Shown: one piece after another, positions 1-12,323 of the stretch | Layout of the letters: each line of letters begins with the position of its first letter | Position numbering within the stretch: the stretch's first letter is position 1 | NCBI RefSeq assembly: GCF_001194135.2 | Contig: NC_068994.1 | Location: 55,586,119 to 55,625,644, forward strand | Reading direction: 5' to 3' | DNA: 39,526 nucleotides | Source of the DNA: Octopus bimaculoides | Lineage: Eukaryota | The notes under the pieces: generated by a model | What the model was told of the DNA's origin: nothing | Seen by the model: the letters and a program-made list of their open reading frames with translations, nothing else | Databases searched by the model: none | Position numbers and translations under genes: made by a program

Positions 1-43
<43 letters not shown>

Positions 44-160
44 TACACATATATATATATATGTGTGTGGGGCGTGTAACTATGTGTCATTATACGTATG
101 TATATGTATGTGTGTTGCATTGATTTGTGTCTTTATGTATGTATATACTTATGTTTACAT

Positions 161-566
161 GGCGGTTTGTGCTGGTGTCGTTTTGAGAATATCTCACTAA
201 TAAAGTACCGGTTTCTAAACTGGAAACAACTCCATTTCGTTAGAATTTTATACAACACGCTTTAGGCATTTGCATGTATGAATTCATGTATGTATGCATG
301 TATGTATGTATGTGTGCAGATTTGTATGCTGTGTTTTATGTATGTATTCTCGAAATGATATTCGTCTGGAAAGTTTTAGAGATTTTTACAGTTCCAGAGA
401 TAGATTAGATCTGTAGTCTTTGAACCAGCATTCTCCTTTCTGGATTTGAGAAGCCTAATTTCTCAAGATAGGTATTTAGGCAGTCTGTTACATATCGCAG
501 TTTCCCCGTAATTACAGGTATAATCCTGAAATTGTAATCTGGATAGAGTAACTGCAGATTTTTCAT
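161..566 (-). mobile_element. 3' fragment of a restriction-like-endonuclease non-LTR retrotransposon (R4/Dong/NeSL-like), decayed ORF end plus probable 3' UTR
   Basis: Minus strand 563-352 translates KNLQLLYPDYNFRIIPVITGKLRYVTDCLNTYLEKLGFSNPERRMLVQRLQI*SISGTVKISKTFQTNII. It is colinear with a second copy at 7487-7732 and resembles the 'IPvviGalG' region of RLE LINE C-termini. One in-frame stop at 405-407. The 3' UTR boundary is approximate. Confidence 0.75.
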
Positions 567-1045
567 GTATGTATGTATGTATGTATGTATGTATGTATGT
601 ATGTATGTATGTATGTATGTATTGACTATAGTATGTTTGTTTTGTATGAATGCATCATCGTATATCATGACATGCGCAGATCAGGTTTTACGTATGTACA
701 TGCATATATACGTTAATTGCTATGTATAGACTTGTTTACATATGAGTGTATATACCTGTTACTAATTAAACCATTAAAATAATTTAGGTATTTTCATAAG
801 GTTTCATTGCACATTCCTAATCAACCTTAACCTTCATCGCTTATGAAAGAGTGTCCCAAGATTTCTGCTGGAGCAACTAGTTATATAACTATACAACAAT
901 CTTCGAAGGTTGCTATTTCTAGCAGCAAGTGCTTCAGCAAGACAAGCTATCAATCTAAAGCTATATTCCTTGTATCGACGTATTTCTCTTCAGTTCAGCA
1001 AAAATGTTGCTTTTCTTATCTGTTTAATATAAGATTCACATTTTA

Positions 1046-1245
1046 GGACAAGATCAGTAATTTCAGGGGTCGGGCTAAGTCAACTGCATTAACCTCAGAG
1101 TTCAACAGGAACTTATTTCATCGAGTCCGAAAGAATGAAAGGTAAAGCTGATCTCGGAGTAATCTGAACTCAGAACGTAAAGACAGGTGAAATGTCGCTA
1201 ATCATTCTGTTCATCATGCAAACGATTCCGCCAGAGCTTGCTGCC
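1046..1245 (-). mobile_element. tRNA-derived SINE, family D (body motif TTTCATCCTTTCGGGGTCGATAAAATAAGTACC, possibly Meta-domain-like)
   Basis: Matches other copies at 1281, 19571-20070, 29291 and 29755. B-box-like GAGTTCAGAT on the minus strand near 1173-1164. Confidence 0.8.
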
Positions 1246-1280
1246 ATTTATATGTTTCATATGAAGTCAACATCGTCTGA

Positions 1281-1487
1281 GGTGAGCTGGCTGAATCGTT
1301 CACACGCCGGGCAAAATGCATCGCAGTATTTCGTCCGTCCTTACGTTCTGAGTTCAAATTTTAGCGCTGAGGTTCATCCTTTAGGGGTCCCAAAAATGGG
1401 TACCAGTTCAGTACTAGAGTCGATGTAATCAACTTAAGCCCTTCCCTCAACATTGCTGGCCTCGTACTGAAATGTGAAACCGATATT
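1281..1487 (+). mobile_element. tRNA-derived SINE, family D
   Basis: Head GGTGAGCTGGCTGAATCGTT (A-box-like), TTCTGAGTTCAAAT (B-box-like), body GGTACCAGTT...GTCGATGTAATCAACTTA, tail TTGCTGGCCTCGT. Confidence 0.8.
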
Positions 1488-1504
1488 AAGTCAATAGAGT
1501 GCAG

Positions 1505-1680
1505 TAGTGGCTGTGTGGTTATAAGTTTGCTTCCTAACCACATGGTTCCGGGCTCGGTCCCACCTCGTGGCAACTTGGACAAGCGTCTCATACTATAGCC
1601 TTGGACCGACCAAAGCCTTGGACCGACCAAAGCCTTGTGAGTGGATTTGGTAGATGGAAATTGAAAGAAGCCCGTCGTAT
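1505..1680 (+). mobile_element. tRNA-derived SINE, family A, near full length, ending in (TA)n
   Basis: A box TGGCTGTGTGG, B-box-like GGGCTCGGTCCC, tail CCTTGTGAGTGGATTTGGTAGATGGAAATTGAAAGAAGCCCGTCGTATATA. High identity to 5209-5380 and to the reverse complement of 37043-37210. Confidence 0.9.
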
Positions 1681-2042
1681 ATATATATATATATANNNNN
1701 NNNNNNNNNNNNNNNNNNNNNNNNNNNNNNNNNNNNNNNNNNNNNNNNNNNNNNNNNNNNNNNNNNNNNNNNNNNNNNNNNNNNNNNNNNNNNNNNNNNN
1801 NNNNNNNNNNNNNNNNNNNNNNNNNNNNNNNNNNNNNNNNNNNNNNNNNNNNNNNNNNNNNNNNNNNNNNNNNNNNNNNNNNNNNNNNNNNNNNNNNNNN
1901 NNNNNNNNNNNNNNNNNNNNNNNNNNNNNNNNNNNNNNNNNNNNNNNNNNNNNNNNNNNNNNNNNNNNNNNNNNNNNNNNNNNNNNNNNNNNNNNNNNNN
2001 NNNNNNNNNNNNNNNNNNNNNNNNNNNNNNNNNNNNNNNNNN

Positions 2043-2078
<36 letters not shown>

Positions 2079-2288
2079 CTGTTATACATATGTACATACA
2101 TATATATTTATACATATATACATTTATAATTATACACACTCACACACACACACATTAATATGCATATATATATATATACATATATATACATATATACATA
2201 TATACATATATATACATATATATACATATATATACATATATATACATATATACATATATATATATATATTTATATATATACATATATG

Positions 2289-2333
<45 letters not shown>

Positions 2334-2360
2334 ATGTATATATATATATATATGTACATA
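2043..2360. repeat. Compound (TA)n/(CA)n/(TATACA)n/(GT)n microsatellite
   Basis: Directly visible. Confidence 0.95.
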
Positions 2361-3094
2361 CGATCTTTTAAATCCCAAAGCAAACTTTTAAAAAGTTACT
2401 CGGCGGATTCCAGTTTTGTGTGTCTCTGTTCAAACTGAACACAACATCTCGTAGGCGTTTACTTTTCTATACTGTTGGCATAAAAATCGATTGAACATAC
2501 CGAAAAATTACTTTTATCACGTGATATCTCTATATAAATGACAGTTTGAAATGTCAATGATGTTATCGCTTCAAGGAAGTGTGAGGATTTAAAAAAAAAC
2601 AAACAAAAGCATGTTGTTTATGTGCAACGATACTGCATAAGGTGCGCACCCGCGTCCATGTTTGAAGACATGCGCATACAGACATATGCGCAGAGTAGAT
2701 AAAAATGGATAGCACAATCACTTGTTTACATATACATACATATACACACATTTAAACTATGAAAAACACGTATACCCATACACGCACATATACATACACA
2801 CACACACGCGGGTATATACCTACTCGTAAAAATACATTTACATACAGGTATTCAAATGTGTGTTCACCAATACACAATTATGTATATATGTATAAGCAAT
2901 CAAGATTATGAATATATATGTTTGTATGTGGATACGAACGTATATGTGTGTGTGCATGTGTGTGTGGATGTGGGTGTTTGCGTGTGGGTGTGTGCGTGCG
3001 TGTTTTTTTGTGTGTATGTGTGTGTGTTTGTTTACAAGTTGTATTCTTTGTTACTGAAACGCACGTAAGATGCACATATTTTACGAACAAACAT

Positions 3095-3225
3095 ATGTAA
3101 GTATGTATGTATCTATTTATATGCGTATATATGTTACTGTCTGTCTGTCTATCTATGTATCTGTCTGTCTGTCTCTCTATCAATCCACCTATGCATGTAT
3201 GTATGTATGTATGTATGTATGTATG

Positions 3226-3261
<36 letters not shown>

Positions 3262-3335
3262 AATAGTTATATGTGTGTGTGTGTGTCTGTGTGTATGTGT
3301 GTGTGTGTGTGTGTGTCTGTGTGTGTCTGTGTGTA
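3095..3335. repeat. Compound (CTGT)/(ATGT)/(CTAT)/(GT) microsatellite
   Basis: Directly visible. Confidence 0.95.
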
Positions 3336-4840
3336 ACTAGTGTTGTTGTTCATGAAATACGTGCTAGATGATGTAGTTAAATATCTGTTTTGTCATATGT
3401 ATATATGTATATATGGTTTAGGAAACTAAATCATATACACATATAACAAATCAAAAGTTACCTTACAATCTACGTATTCATAATTACAGATGATCACATA
3501 TACTGAAAGAACTCTTTTTTGAGACGGTAAAATTATCGAGTTTTGTTGGGCGATGGGTGTCGTTGTAATTTGTTTTCTTCCTTTATCTCGACATATTCAA
3601 TTTGTGTCCAGCTAAATTATCTAAGAACGTTTCGATCCTTCAGATAGAATATAGCAGAAGTTTTGCGGTACGTCTGTGCACGAAGTTTATAAGACTTCGT
3701 AAAGATTGTGACGTCTCACTCTCTCATTTCTTTGCGATTCGTGACTTCATTTGGTCGAAAAATATTTGAATAATAAAATGAAATTTAAAAAAAAAAAAAA
3801 GAATTACTAAAAGAAAAGCAAATTTTTTTTTTATGATTATCAATATAATTCAGAATTAGAAGCTACAACAAAGAGTAATAATAATAATAATGATAATGAT
3901 GATATTAATAATAACAAAATAGTTGGGCGAAAGTTTGTAATGAATGTTATCCATGTGATTGAATTGATGGAGAGCGGAAGCGAAATTATTAATGACAAAA
4001 CAACATACTGCAGTTGAGAACAACAACAGCAACAACAAAGATAAAAATCATGTCAAAGGCATTAAGAAAAAGAAATCTAATATAGAGAAAAAAATAGAGA
4101 TGATGAGAGAGTGTGAGAGGAAGAGATAGACAAATAGAGAATAAGAGAGAAAGAGAGAGAGAGAGGAAGAGAGAGAGAGTTTTCAATGAAGTAAAATCAA
4201 CGAGTAATGTCGACAAAGAATTTGTTGCGTCGGACTTGTGATCTGTTTCCTTTATCTTGTGAATAGTAAGCGATCTGCCAACTTCAAATAGAATCGATAA
4301 ATGCACAGAATGAGACGGCATCGATCACCTCCTTAGCCTTAGTCGTTCGATTCTTAGATATTTGATTGAAATGATTTTAGATTTGTTGACACATTAGAAG
4401 TCACAGTTCGATATTTCAGATAATGTTCACGTTGATATTCAAACGTGTTTCATCTTCTGTTCGCATACAATTGCGATAAAGAGATTTTATAATATTGCCT
4501 TATCTAATGGACGTTTATTTATATAACCGGCTGATATAACGATAACAAGAATATCATACGGTATTAGAATCGTATTGAATATGTTCGCCAATCTGACACT
4601 AACAAGACCGTAGCGTTAGAAAAATATACTTTTACCTTGCTACATAATTTCATTCGTTTTCTCTTAAACACACAGCCCACCTCATCTCGTTCATACTTCT
4701 ATGCCTTTGTCTATGGCATGCAAGTAAATATGGCTGTCCACTTAACTGTCATCAAAACAGTGGGTACAAGAGAAAGGGGAAAAGAAGAGGATAGAGAAGT
4801 ATTAAGAAATTAGCAAAGAAGTAAGAACTAGCATTCTGTC

Positions 4841-5128
4841 GGCGACGACGACGAGTGTTCTAGTTGATCCGATGAAAAGAAGAGCCTCTGTTCATGAAAT
4901 TAACGTGCAAGTGGCTGAACACTCCACACTCATGCGTGCCCTTAACGTAGTTCTCGGGGAGGTCCAGCGTGGCACTGGACGTAACAATACTGGCCCTTTG
5001 AATTACAGGCACCACTCATTCTTTATTAGTGAACTGGAGCAACGTGAGATAAAGTGCGTTGCTCAAGGACATAACGCGCCGCCAGGAACTTAAGACTGTG
5101 AGCCGAATGCGTTAACCTTTAAGCCACC
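4841..5128 (-). mobile_element. tRNA-derived SINE, family C, with partly deleted B box
   Basis: Minus-strand head GGTGGCTTAAAGGTTAACGCATTCGGCTCAC, followed by CCTTGAGCAACGCACTTTATCTCACGTTGCTCCAG (CORE-like CCTTGGGCAAG segment, also in family A). A degenerate body match lies at about 7750-7780. Confidence 0.65.
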
Positions 5129-5208
5129 TACTTTTAAGGAAATAAATGTAGTAAGGATACCTTGCACGGCCATGCTTGAAGTGAAATTAGAATTAAAATG
5201 TTTGTTCA

Positions 5209-5380
5209 TAGGCACAGGCGTGGCTGTGCGGAAAGTAGCTTGCTTACCAACCATATGGCTCCGGGTTCAGTGCCACTGCGTGGCACCTTGCGCAAGTGTC
5301 TTCTACTATAGCGTCGGATCGACCAAAGCCTTGTGAGTGGATTTGGTAGACAGAAACTGAAAGAAGCCCGTCGTATATAT
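5209..5380 (+). mobile_element. tRNA-derived SINE, family A, full length
   Basis: TAGGCACAGGCGTGGCTGTGCGG...CCGGGTTCAGTGCC...GAAAGAAGCCCGTCGTATATAT; colinear with 1505-1680. Confidence 0.9.
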
Positions 5381-5826
5381 TAGGTTGGTGCATAATTTGA
5401 AGCCAATATAATCAACTAAAGACCCAGAAGTGTGCACTCCAGCATGGCCCACTATCGAGAAAATAAGAAATATTTCGATTATCTTATTCGATACCCAGTG
5501 CGCAGTGTGTTTTATTCAAAACTTAAGAAAAAAATAACGCTTAGTTTAAGAATTAATTGAACTTTCGTCTCTAGAATCGACGCTAATGCATATTTTACGA
5601 TACTGAACCAAAATATGGAATTGTGATTTGTGTAAATAATTTGTATTACATTCTGAGAATTGTGTGCAATGGTAATAATGATAGAAGAGCAATTAAAAAC
5701 GATTGGATCTCATAAATTATTTTCGGATGGTGTGAAAACGTTTATCAAAATAACTAAAAGCTTTATTGCCTGTTTAGATTCTTGAGAGAACTCCTATACA
5801 TCTTAAAAACTCTGCTTATCAGTTAC

Positions 5827-5906
5827 CATGCGCAGATCTTAAATTATATGTTAATAATTCTGGTTTTTCTACTTTTTCTTCTTCCAGACAATAAAGGTTA
5901 AGTGAT
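5827..5906 (-). CDS. Candidate internal coding exon (80 nt) of an unidentified gene
   Basis: Acceptor caacttttacAG|, donor ATG|GTAACT. The only open frame (ESLNLYCLEEEKVEKPELLTYNLRSAH) is in phase with the upstream candidate exon ending at 6177. No family recognised. Confidence 0.3.
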
Positions 5907-6176
5907 CTGTAAAAGTTGCAGCCTCATTTTCTCTTGTCAATTTATTAATTTTAGACACTTTTAGCGATTCATTTCTCCAGCAGACTACGCATCATAACCA
6001 GCCCAACCTTACTATTTGACCAGTCAAATATTTACAACTACTGTCCTGACATTTGCCATTGCCAACGGCAGGAATCGGCAGAAGTATATTAACGTCGACT
6101 GAAACAGAAAGAATTGCAAATTGGTCCGTTTTTGCGGTCATTAAGCATTTATGGCCTTATGGTAAACTTCACTTAC

Positions 6177-6433
6177 TCTTGTACACCAAGGGGGTCTTTC
6201 CTTTGTGCAATGGAGCTGATGAAGCTAGCGATTATATTTTGTGGCATAATTGAAGGTAGTCATTGCGACTGACACATGACTGCAATGAAAGGGATGCTTC
6301 AGCGGTCATCTGTTCACGCAACACTGGACGTTGATGGCTTTTATGATTAAAGTGAAGATCTGTGAGAAGTGGGTGAATAACACTATGATAATGTGAATTC
6401 GTTGCTCACTTAAAAACCTAAATAATTTTAGAA
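6177..6433 (-). CDS. Candidate exon with possible start codon at 6247 (MPQNIIASFISSIAQRKDPLGVQ-)
   Basis: Strong acceptor gtttatttcctcctctttcttttacAG| at 6434, an alternative acceptor cacttctcacAG| near 6360, and donor AGA|GTAAGT at 6176. ATG has A at -3. All three frames across the full exon contain stops, so the 5' part would be UTR. Confidence 0.35.
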
Positions 6434-6810
6434 CTGTAAAAGAAAGAGGAGGAAATAAACTTTACTACACAAGCAACGTGAGAGAATCAAAGAACGTAGC
6501 TGTCTTACTTCTGCACAAACCAACCACTTTTACGGATGTACTTTACTCAATGAAATCACCAAAATGTATTAGTGGAACATTTATCAACACAACCGGGAAT
6601 ATTTATTTTCGTAACCAAACAGCGTATTACGTATTAAATAAAATAGCAACCAAATTCTACTCAAATCATACTTTACTAACTACGGGGGGTGGGGGAGAAG
6701 AATTCATTGGATAATGAGTTTGGAATATGATAACATGACTGTTTTGATCTTATTTCCGCTTGATCGTGCATACACCACACGAGCTAACAAACAGGTGCTT
6801 GCTCAATTAT

Positions 6811-6975
6811 TATTCGATCTGCTAGAAATAGTAAGTGAATCTCACCTGAACCGTACGCTCTGAACTCAAAAGCAGATGGTCATCTTGTACGTTGAAGACT
6901 TGGATACATTATGCCTTTTATTTAAACATGGAATGGTCATGTTTGGATCGCTTTGATCATAGGTGTGCTTGAACA
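6811..6975 (+). repeat. Old dispersed repeat, family E (CTGCTAGAAATAG ... GGTCATG...CTTTGATCATAG)
   Basis: CTGCTAGAAATA recurs as a reverse complement at 913-925 and 23098-23109. The second motif recurs inverted at about 22528-22552 and 22970-22995. Confidence 0.45.
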
Positions 6976-7486
6976 GAGTTGACCTGGGGATACACATCGA
7001 CACTAACAATTCCAATAATAATTTATCGACTGCCAGAAGCATGAAATGGGAGACTGGTTACGACAGGCTTTTGATCTAAGATCATAGAGAAAGGAAATTA
7101 ATATAACATCAGATCTTCTATTTGGTGCTCAACGGTTACAACCAAATAAATCCATGCAAATCAAATAAAATCAAAATCATTTGAATGGTTTCAAATTTTA
7201 GATTTGGTTTCATCTTAAATTTCGTATGTTCGTTTTCTAAATCCTTCTTCAACAGCTGTTTCTACACTGATCGACTAGAAACATTATTTATACGTACGTA
7301 CATACATACATACATACATACATACATGCAAACATACATGCATGCATACATACAAATATACAGACAGCCAGACAGACTAACAGGCAGAAAGATAGTCTGA
7401 GACAGACAGACTGACAGACGGACAATCTGACATATACACACACACATACCCACAAGCACATGCATATATACATAAATGCACATGTA

Positions 7487-7732
7487 CAATTAAACCTCCA
7501 GGAAAAAGTGAACATTTGAGGTGACTTAATGTGAAACTTACAGCTCTTCTGCCCTGACTATAAAATCTCATTTCTACCTATAGGTGCATTACGTTATGTA
7601 CCAACAAATTTACACCTGGAAATCCTAGACTTTTGGAAGAAAGAACAAAAGGAAGTTACGCGGATTCTCCAAATCCAATCTATTAGTGGCACAGTGAAGA
7701 TTTGTAATCCATATCAGAAATCCTCTATCTGA
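7487..7732 (+). mobile_element. Second RLE-type LINE 3' fragment, same family as 161-566
   Basis: Frame from 7502 reads EKVNI*GDLM*NLQLFCPDYKISFLPIGALRYVPTNLHLEILDFWKKEQKEVTRILQIQSISGTVKICNPYQKSSI*. It aligns with the 161-566 copy and is absent from the ORF track. Confidence 0.75.
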
Positions 7733-9674
7733 GACTTTTACGTGAATAGATCCACACACTCGAGTGTACCCATTAACAGTTAAACCAACACGCCACCTTA
7801 GTCACGTAGTTATAACACTGCGAACTCTCTTAACTCAAAGTGTTGTTGCTTTGTTAGCGATCGGCTTGAACTCTCTTAAGAAGAACATAAATTATACAAA
7901 CAAATCATATAGAAAGGTGTGAGTGAGTGTGTACATGTGTGTGCGTATATGTACGGGTGTTTTAAAATCATTATTTAAGCTCTCATGATTGTCCACCATG
8001 TTCATCATTTTGGTATCTACTAAATTTAAACTAATGCAAGTTTTTAAGCCTATTCTATTAAATACATTGTCAGGATTTTTTTAGATTAATGATATATGAT
8101 GGATTTCTTTTGCACTTCACTATTAACTTACATTCGATGGATTCGTATGAATTTATTTTCCAGCCTCAAAGAAAACCGCATCATCTTAAAATAGAAAAGA
8201 ATATACTCTGGGATAATCTAGTGGGTGATATATATACATACATATATACATACATACATATTACTTTATATTATACTCATTTATTGTGCTTTTAATTATT
8301 AATTTTTCTATATGTGATAGTGGATTTTCATCGATGAGTTCTTGAAAATTGGTTATTTTCCCTAAAACTATATATTATATATATTCGAAACGCTTANNNN
8401 NNNNNNNNNNNNNNNNNNNNNNNNNNNNNNNNNNNNNNNNNNNNNNNNNNNTATATATATAATGTTTGAATAGGACAAAGGCAAAAAACAAAACTGGAAT
8501 GGCAATTGGTTAAAATGGAATCGAAAACCAGCATTGAAATGGTCATTGCTTGAATGTGTTTGGTGAAAAGTTTGATTAGAACTGTACAAAGCGAAAATAC
8601 CGTCTCCAACAACAACAACAGCAATAAATTAGGCCATACAAAACTCACACGCACACATATACATACGCTCATACAAACACGGTTCATACAAGAATAAAAT
8701 AGGTTGGTTAAAATTGACTCCATTAACTGAGAAATCGCTAAAACTGATCGAAATTGTATATAAATTTAATGATGGGGTACGATTCTGCGGCGTTGTTTAC
8801 TTTCTTTGTGGGGTACCCCTAAACACTATATATTTCACTATCTGTAAGAAATATAATCTCACTAAGAAAACAAGCCGCATTGATGTGGAAGCGTTAAAAG
8901 ACGAATTCTAAAGATGTCTACGAGAACATAGAATGAAACAAATAGGGGAGATTCTCCGCGTTAGTTTAAAAACCAGTAACCAAAAATAAAATAAAATAAA
9001 ATAAAATAAAACAGTATATAAAGGGTGATGTTTAAATGTACTAAAAAAAAAATGTAAACGACTGTTCGGACTGTTTGGCCAAATAAGGGAACACATAAAA
9101 AAAAGTTATAAAATAAAATATAAACTAAAATATAAGATCTAACGCCAATACTGTGAAAGACGGTAAAAACCTAAATAACTAAATAAATTCTGTCTTGTAG
9201 CCATGTATACATTCTTGCATACAAATAGTCAAATTCAACGCCATTCTTCCTGCTCGAGAAGCTGAATCGCGCTAAGTGATCATTGTAATTCAAGCCATGT
9301 TGCCACATCAACACACTTCCAAATAAAACACACTGCCACTATCTCTCATGTATCTACTCTGTACATCTGTACACTTACGGTCGATAAACGAATTATCTGA
9401 CTTTGCTTTTCACTTCGTACTAACACAGTTAGGTTGTTGTTGTTGCTGTTGTTGTTGTTGTGGTGGTTGCTGTTGCTGCTGATTGTGTTGTTATTTATTG
9501 TTTGGTTCACCTTTATTTACATCTGCTGTCATTTCTGTCATTCATTAATGCTTAGTAGGGGAAATATATATATTTAACAATGTGATCGCGTATACATTTG
9601 TGTCAGTGTGTATATCTAAGTGTGTGTCTGTGTGTTTATGTATGTATGAGTGTATATATATATATATATATGTA

Positions 9675-9709
<35 letters not shown>

Positions 9710-9764
9710 TATATATACATATACACACACATACATACATATATATATATACATATACACACAC

Positions 9765-9798
<34 letters not shown>

Positions 9799-10224
9799 GT
9801 GTGTGCCTGTATGTATGTATATATTAGCCAATTGTATACATAAAGTATATATAAGTTGAAACACTTGTAAACTGTAGTGTTTGTCCTGAGAGAGTATCTC
9901 TTATAGAAATATGATGATAGTGTTAAAAACACAGGAAAACATCAGCCGCAGGCAAAAATCACACTATAGCATTGTTGGTGGAAGTATTGGAACGAGGTTT
10001 TGCTAGCTTCGTCACTATATCAAATACCCACGCCACCTTGTGTCAAGCAAGGATAGGCTGATTTAGTGCCGAAGATGGTGCGGCCGTGTCGTCATGTGAA
10101 CAAGAAAGTTTTTGTCTCGTGGCGAAACTGTAGAGGTTCTGTAGCATGGTTAGTCTTATGCTGTTGCATTTAGAAGGGCCGCAGTTGCCTCACTGTGTAG
10201 ATAGGAGCGATAAAGCTTAGCTAG

Positions 10225-10320
10225 AGGAAGAAATATAGTTTCATTCACAGCCTCGATCGAACTGAAAATGAAAGACGCTTGCTCAAGATGGCGGCCAGTG
10301 AGATTGAATCCAAGCGCTCA
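10225..10320 (-). mobile_element. Old degenerate family-A-like SINE fragment
   Basis: Reverse complement GGATTCAATCTCACTGGCCGCCATCTTGAGCAAGCGTCTT parallels GGGTTCAGTCCCACTGCGTGGCACCTTGGGCAAGTGTCTT. Confidence 0.5.
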
Positions 10321-10365
10321 TGAATTTAAAACAGACAGAAAAATGGAGGAAATTGTTTATTCTTT

Positions 10366-10565
10366 TATTTTTTACTTGTTTCAGTCATTTACTGCGGCCA
10401 TATTGGAGCACTGCTTCTAGTCGAGCAAATCTACCCCAGGACATATCCTTTGTAAGCCTAATACATATTCTCTCAGTCTCTTTTGCCGAACTGGTACGCT
10501 ACGGGGACGTAAACATACCAACATGAGTTGTCAAGCGATGGGGGGGGGGCATACACAGACACACA
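10366..10565 (-). mobile_element. SINE family B 3' portion
   Basis: TTTCAGTCATTTACTGCGGCCATATTGGAGCAC...CTTTTGCCGAAC...ACGGGGACGTAAAC...TTGTCAAGCG; colinear with 23150-23365 and 36936-37010. Confidence 0.85.
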
Positions 10566-11985
10566 AATATATATATATGAATATATANNNNNNNNNNNNN
10601 NNNNNNNNNNNNNNNNNNNNNNNNNNNNNNNNNNNNNNNNNNNNNNNNNNNNNNNNNNNNNNNNNNNNNNNNNNNNNNNNNNNNNNNNNNNNNNNNNNNN
10701 NNNNNNNNNNNNNNNNNNNNNNNNNNNNNNNNNNNNNNNNNNNNNNNNNNNNNNNNNNNNNNNNNNNNNNNNNNNNNNNNNNNNNNNNNNNNNNNNNNNN
10801 NNNNNNNNNNNNNNNNNNNNNNNNNNNNNNNNNNNNNNNNNNNNNNNNNNNNNNNNNNNNNNNNNNNNNNNNNNNNNNNNNNNNNNNNNNNNNNNNNNNN
10901 NNNNNNNNNNNNNNNNNNNNNNNNNNNNNNNNNNNNNNNNNNNNNNNNNNNNNNNNNNNNNNNNNNNNNNNNNNNNNNNNNNNNNNNNNNNNNNNNNNNN
11001 NNNNNNNNNNNNNNNNNNNNNNNNNNNNNNNNNNNNNNNNNNNNNNNNNNNNNNNNNNNNNNNNNNNNNNNNNNNNNNNNNNNNNNNNNNNNNNNNNNNN
11101 NNNNNNNNNNNNNNNNNNNNNNNNNNNNNNNNNNNNNNNNNNNNNNNNNNNNNNNNNNNNNNNNNNNNNNNNNNNNNNNNNNNNNNNNNNNNNNNNNNNN
11201 NNNNNNNNNNNNNNNNNNNNNNNNNNNNNNNNNNNNNNNNNNNNNNNNNNNNNNNNNNNNNNNNNNNNNNNNNNNNNNNNNNNNNNNNNNNNNNNNNNNN
11301 NNNNNNNNNNNNNNNNATATATATATATATATATATATATAAATCTGTAAGTATATTGAGACTACGTACGTATATATCTATGATAGTATATGCATATAGA
11401 TATGTGTGTGTATGAATGTATGTATAATAGATGTTAATGCTCTGTACTAATACATATCTCTCTATATATGCATAATGAATGTTAAGTACAAATAGGAAGA
11501 CTAATAACATAAAACGCTGTTGTTTTCTTTTGCAACGTAGAGAGATAATATGTCAGTTCATCTCAGTGTATTCGACGCTGGCAGATGTGATCTTCTGTTT
11601 AGAAAATATATTATTTGATCTGTAGATATGCAAATCTCGGTATCCCTTCCAGGTATTTTGTGCTTCCTACGTACGTATCAATGTAACTGCATTTGCACAT
11701 ATACAGATGCATACATACACACATACATAATTATATATATATATATATATATATATACGTATATGTATGAATGTATTTATGAAATATGTGTTGAGAGCGC
11801 GGAAGAGATGCATATTGACACACACGGAATCTTTTTACAGAGTGATGCTTTGCAAATGTCAAATAAATCATTTTAAGTACGATTTAACTTGATCAATTTT
11901 TTTTTGTTTTCTGTTTGAAAACGATAAGCTATATGCATTAGTATGATATGTGCATTTCAAATTATATATATGCATATATATGCGT

Positions 11986-12018
<33 letters not shown>

Positions 12019-12323
12019 TGTGTGTGTGTGTGTGTGTGTGCGTGCGTGTGTGCGCGTGTGCGCGCGTGTGCGTGTGTGTTCATTTATAACTGTTTGTTCA
12101 TCGCTGGAATATATAAAATGTAATTGATTTAAAGAATTATCTTGTGAGAATATGTCGCTTTGTTTTTCATGGTGTGTCTACATTTCTCAAACACGCGCTC
12201 GCGCACGCACACCAGCATACGCGTGCACGTGCACACGTGCACACACAAACGCACGAACGCACACAAACACACACACATACGCATTCATATACATATGCAT
12301 AACCTCTGGCACATGGGCATATA

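Noticed and set aside
3462-3502. 41-nt minus-strand segment with AG and AAG|GTAACT, phase-compatible with the 5827 exon (VYVIICNYEYVDCK)
   Set aside because: Short pyrimidine tract, low-complexity surroundings and an unrecognisable peptide; chance is likely.
6215-6240. CTGATGA hammerhead-like core (also CTGACGA near 31710)
   Set aside because: No helix II plus GAAA and no GUH partner follows.
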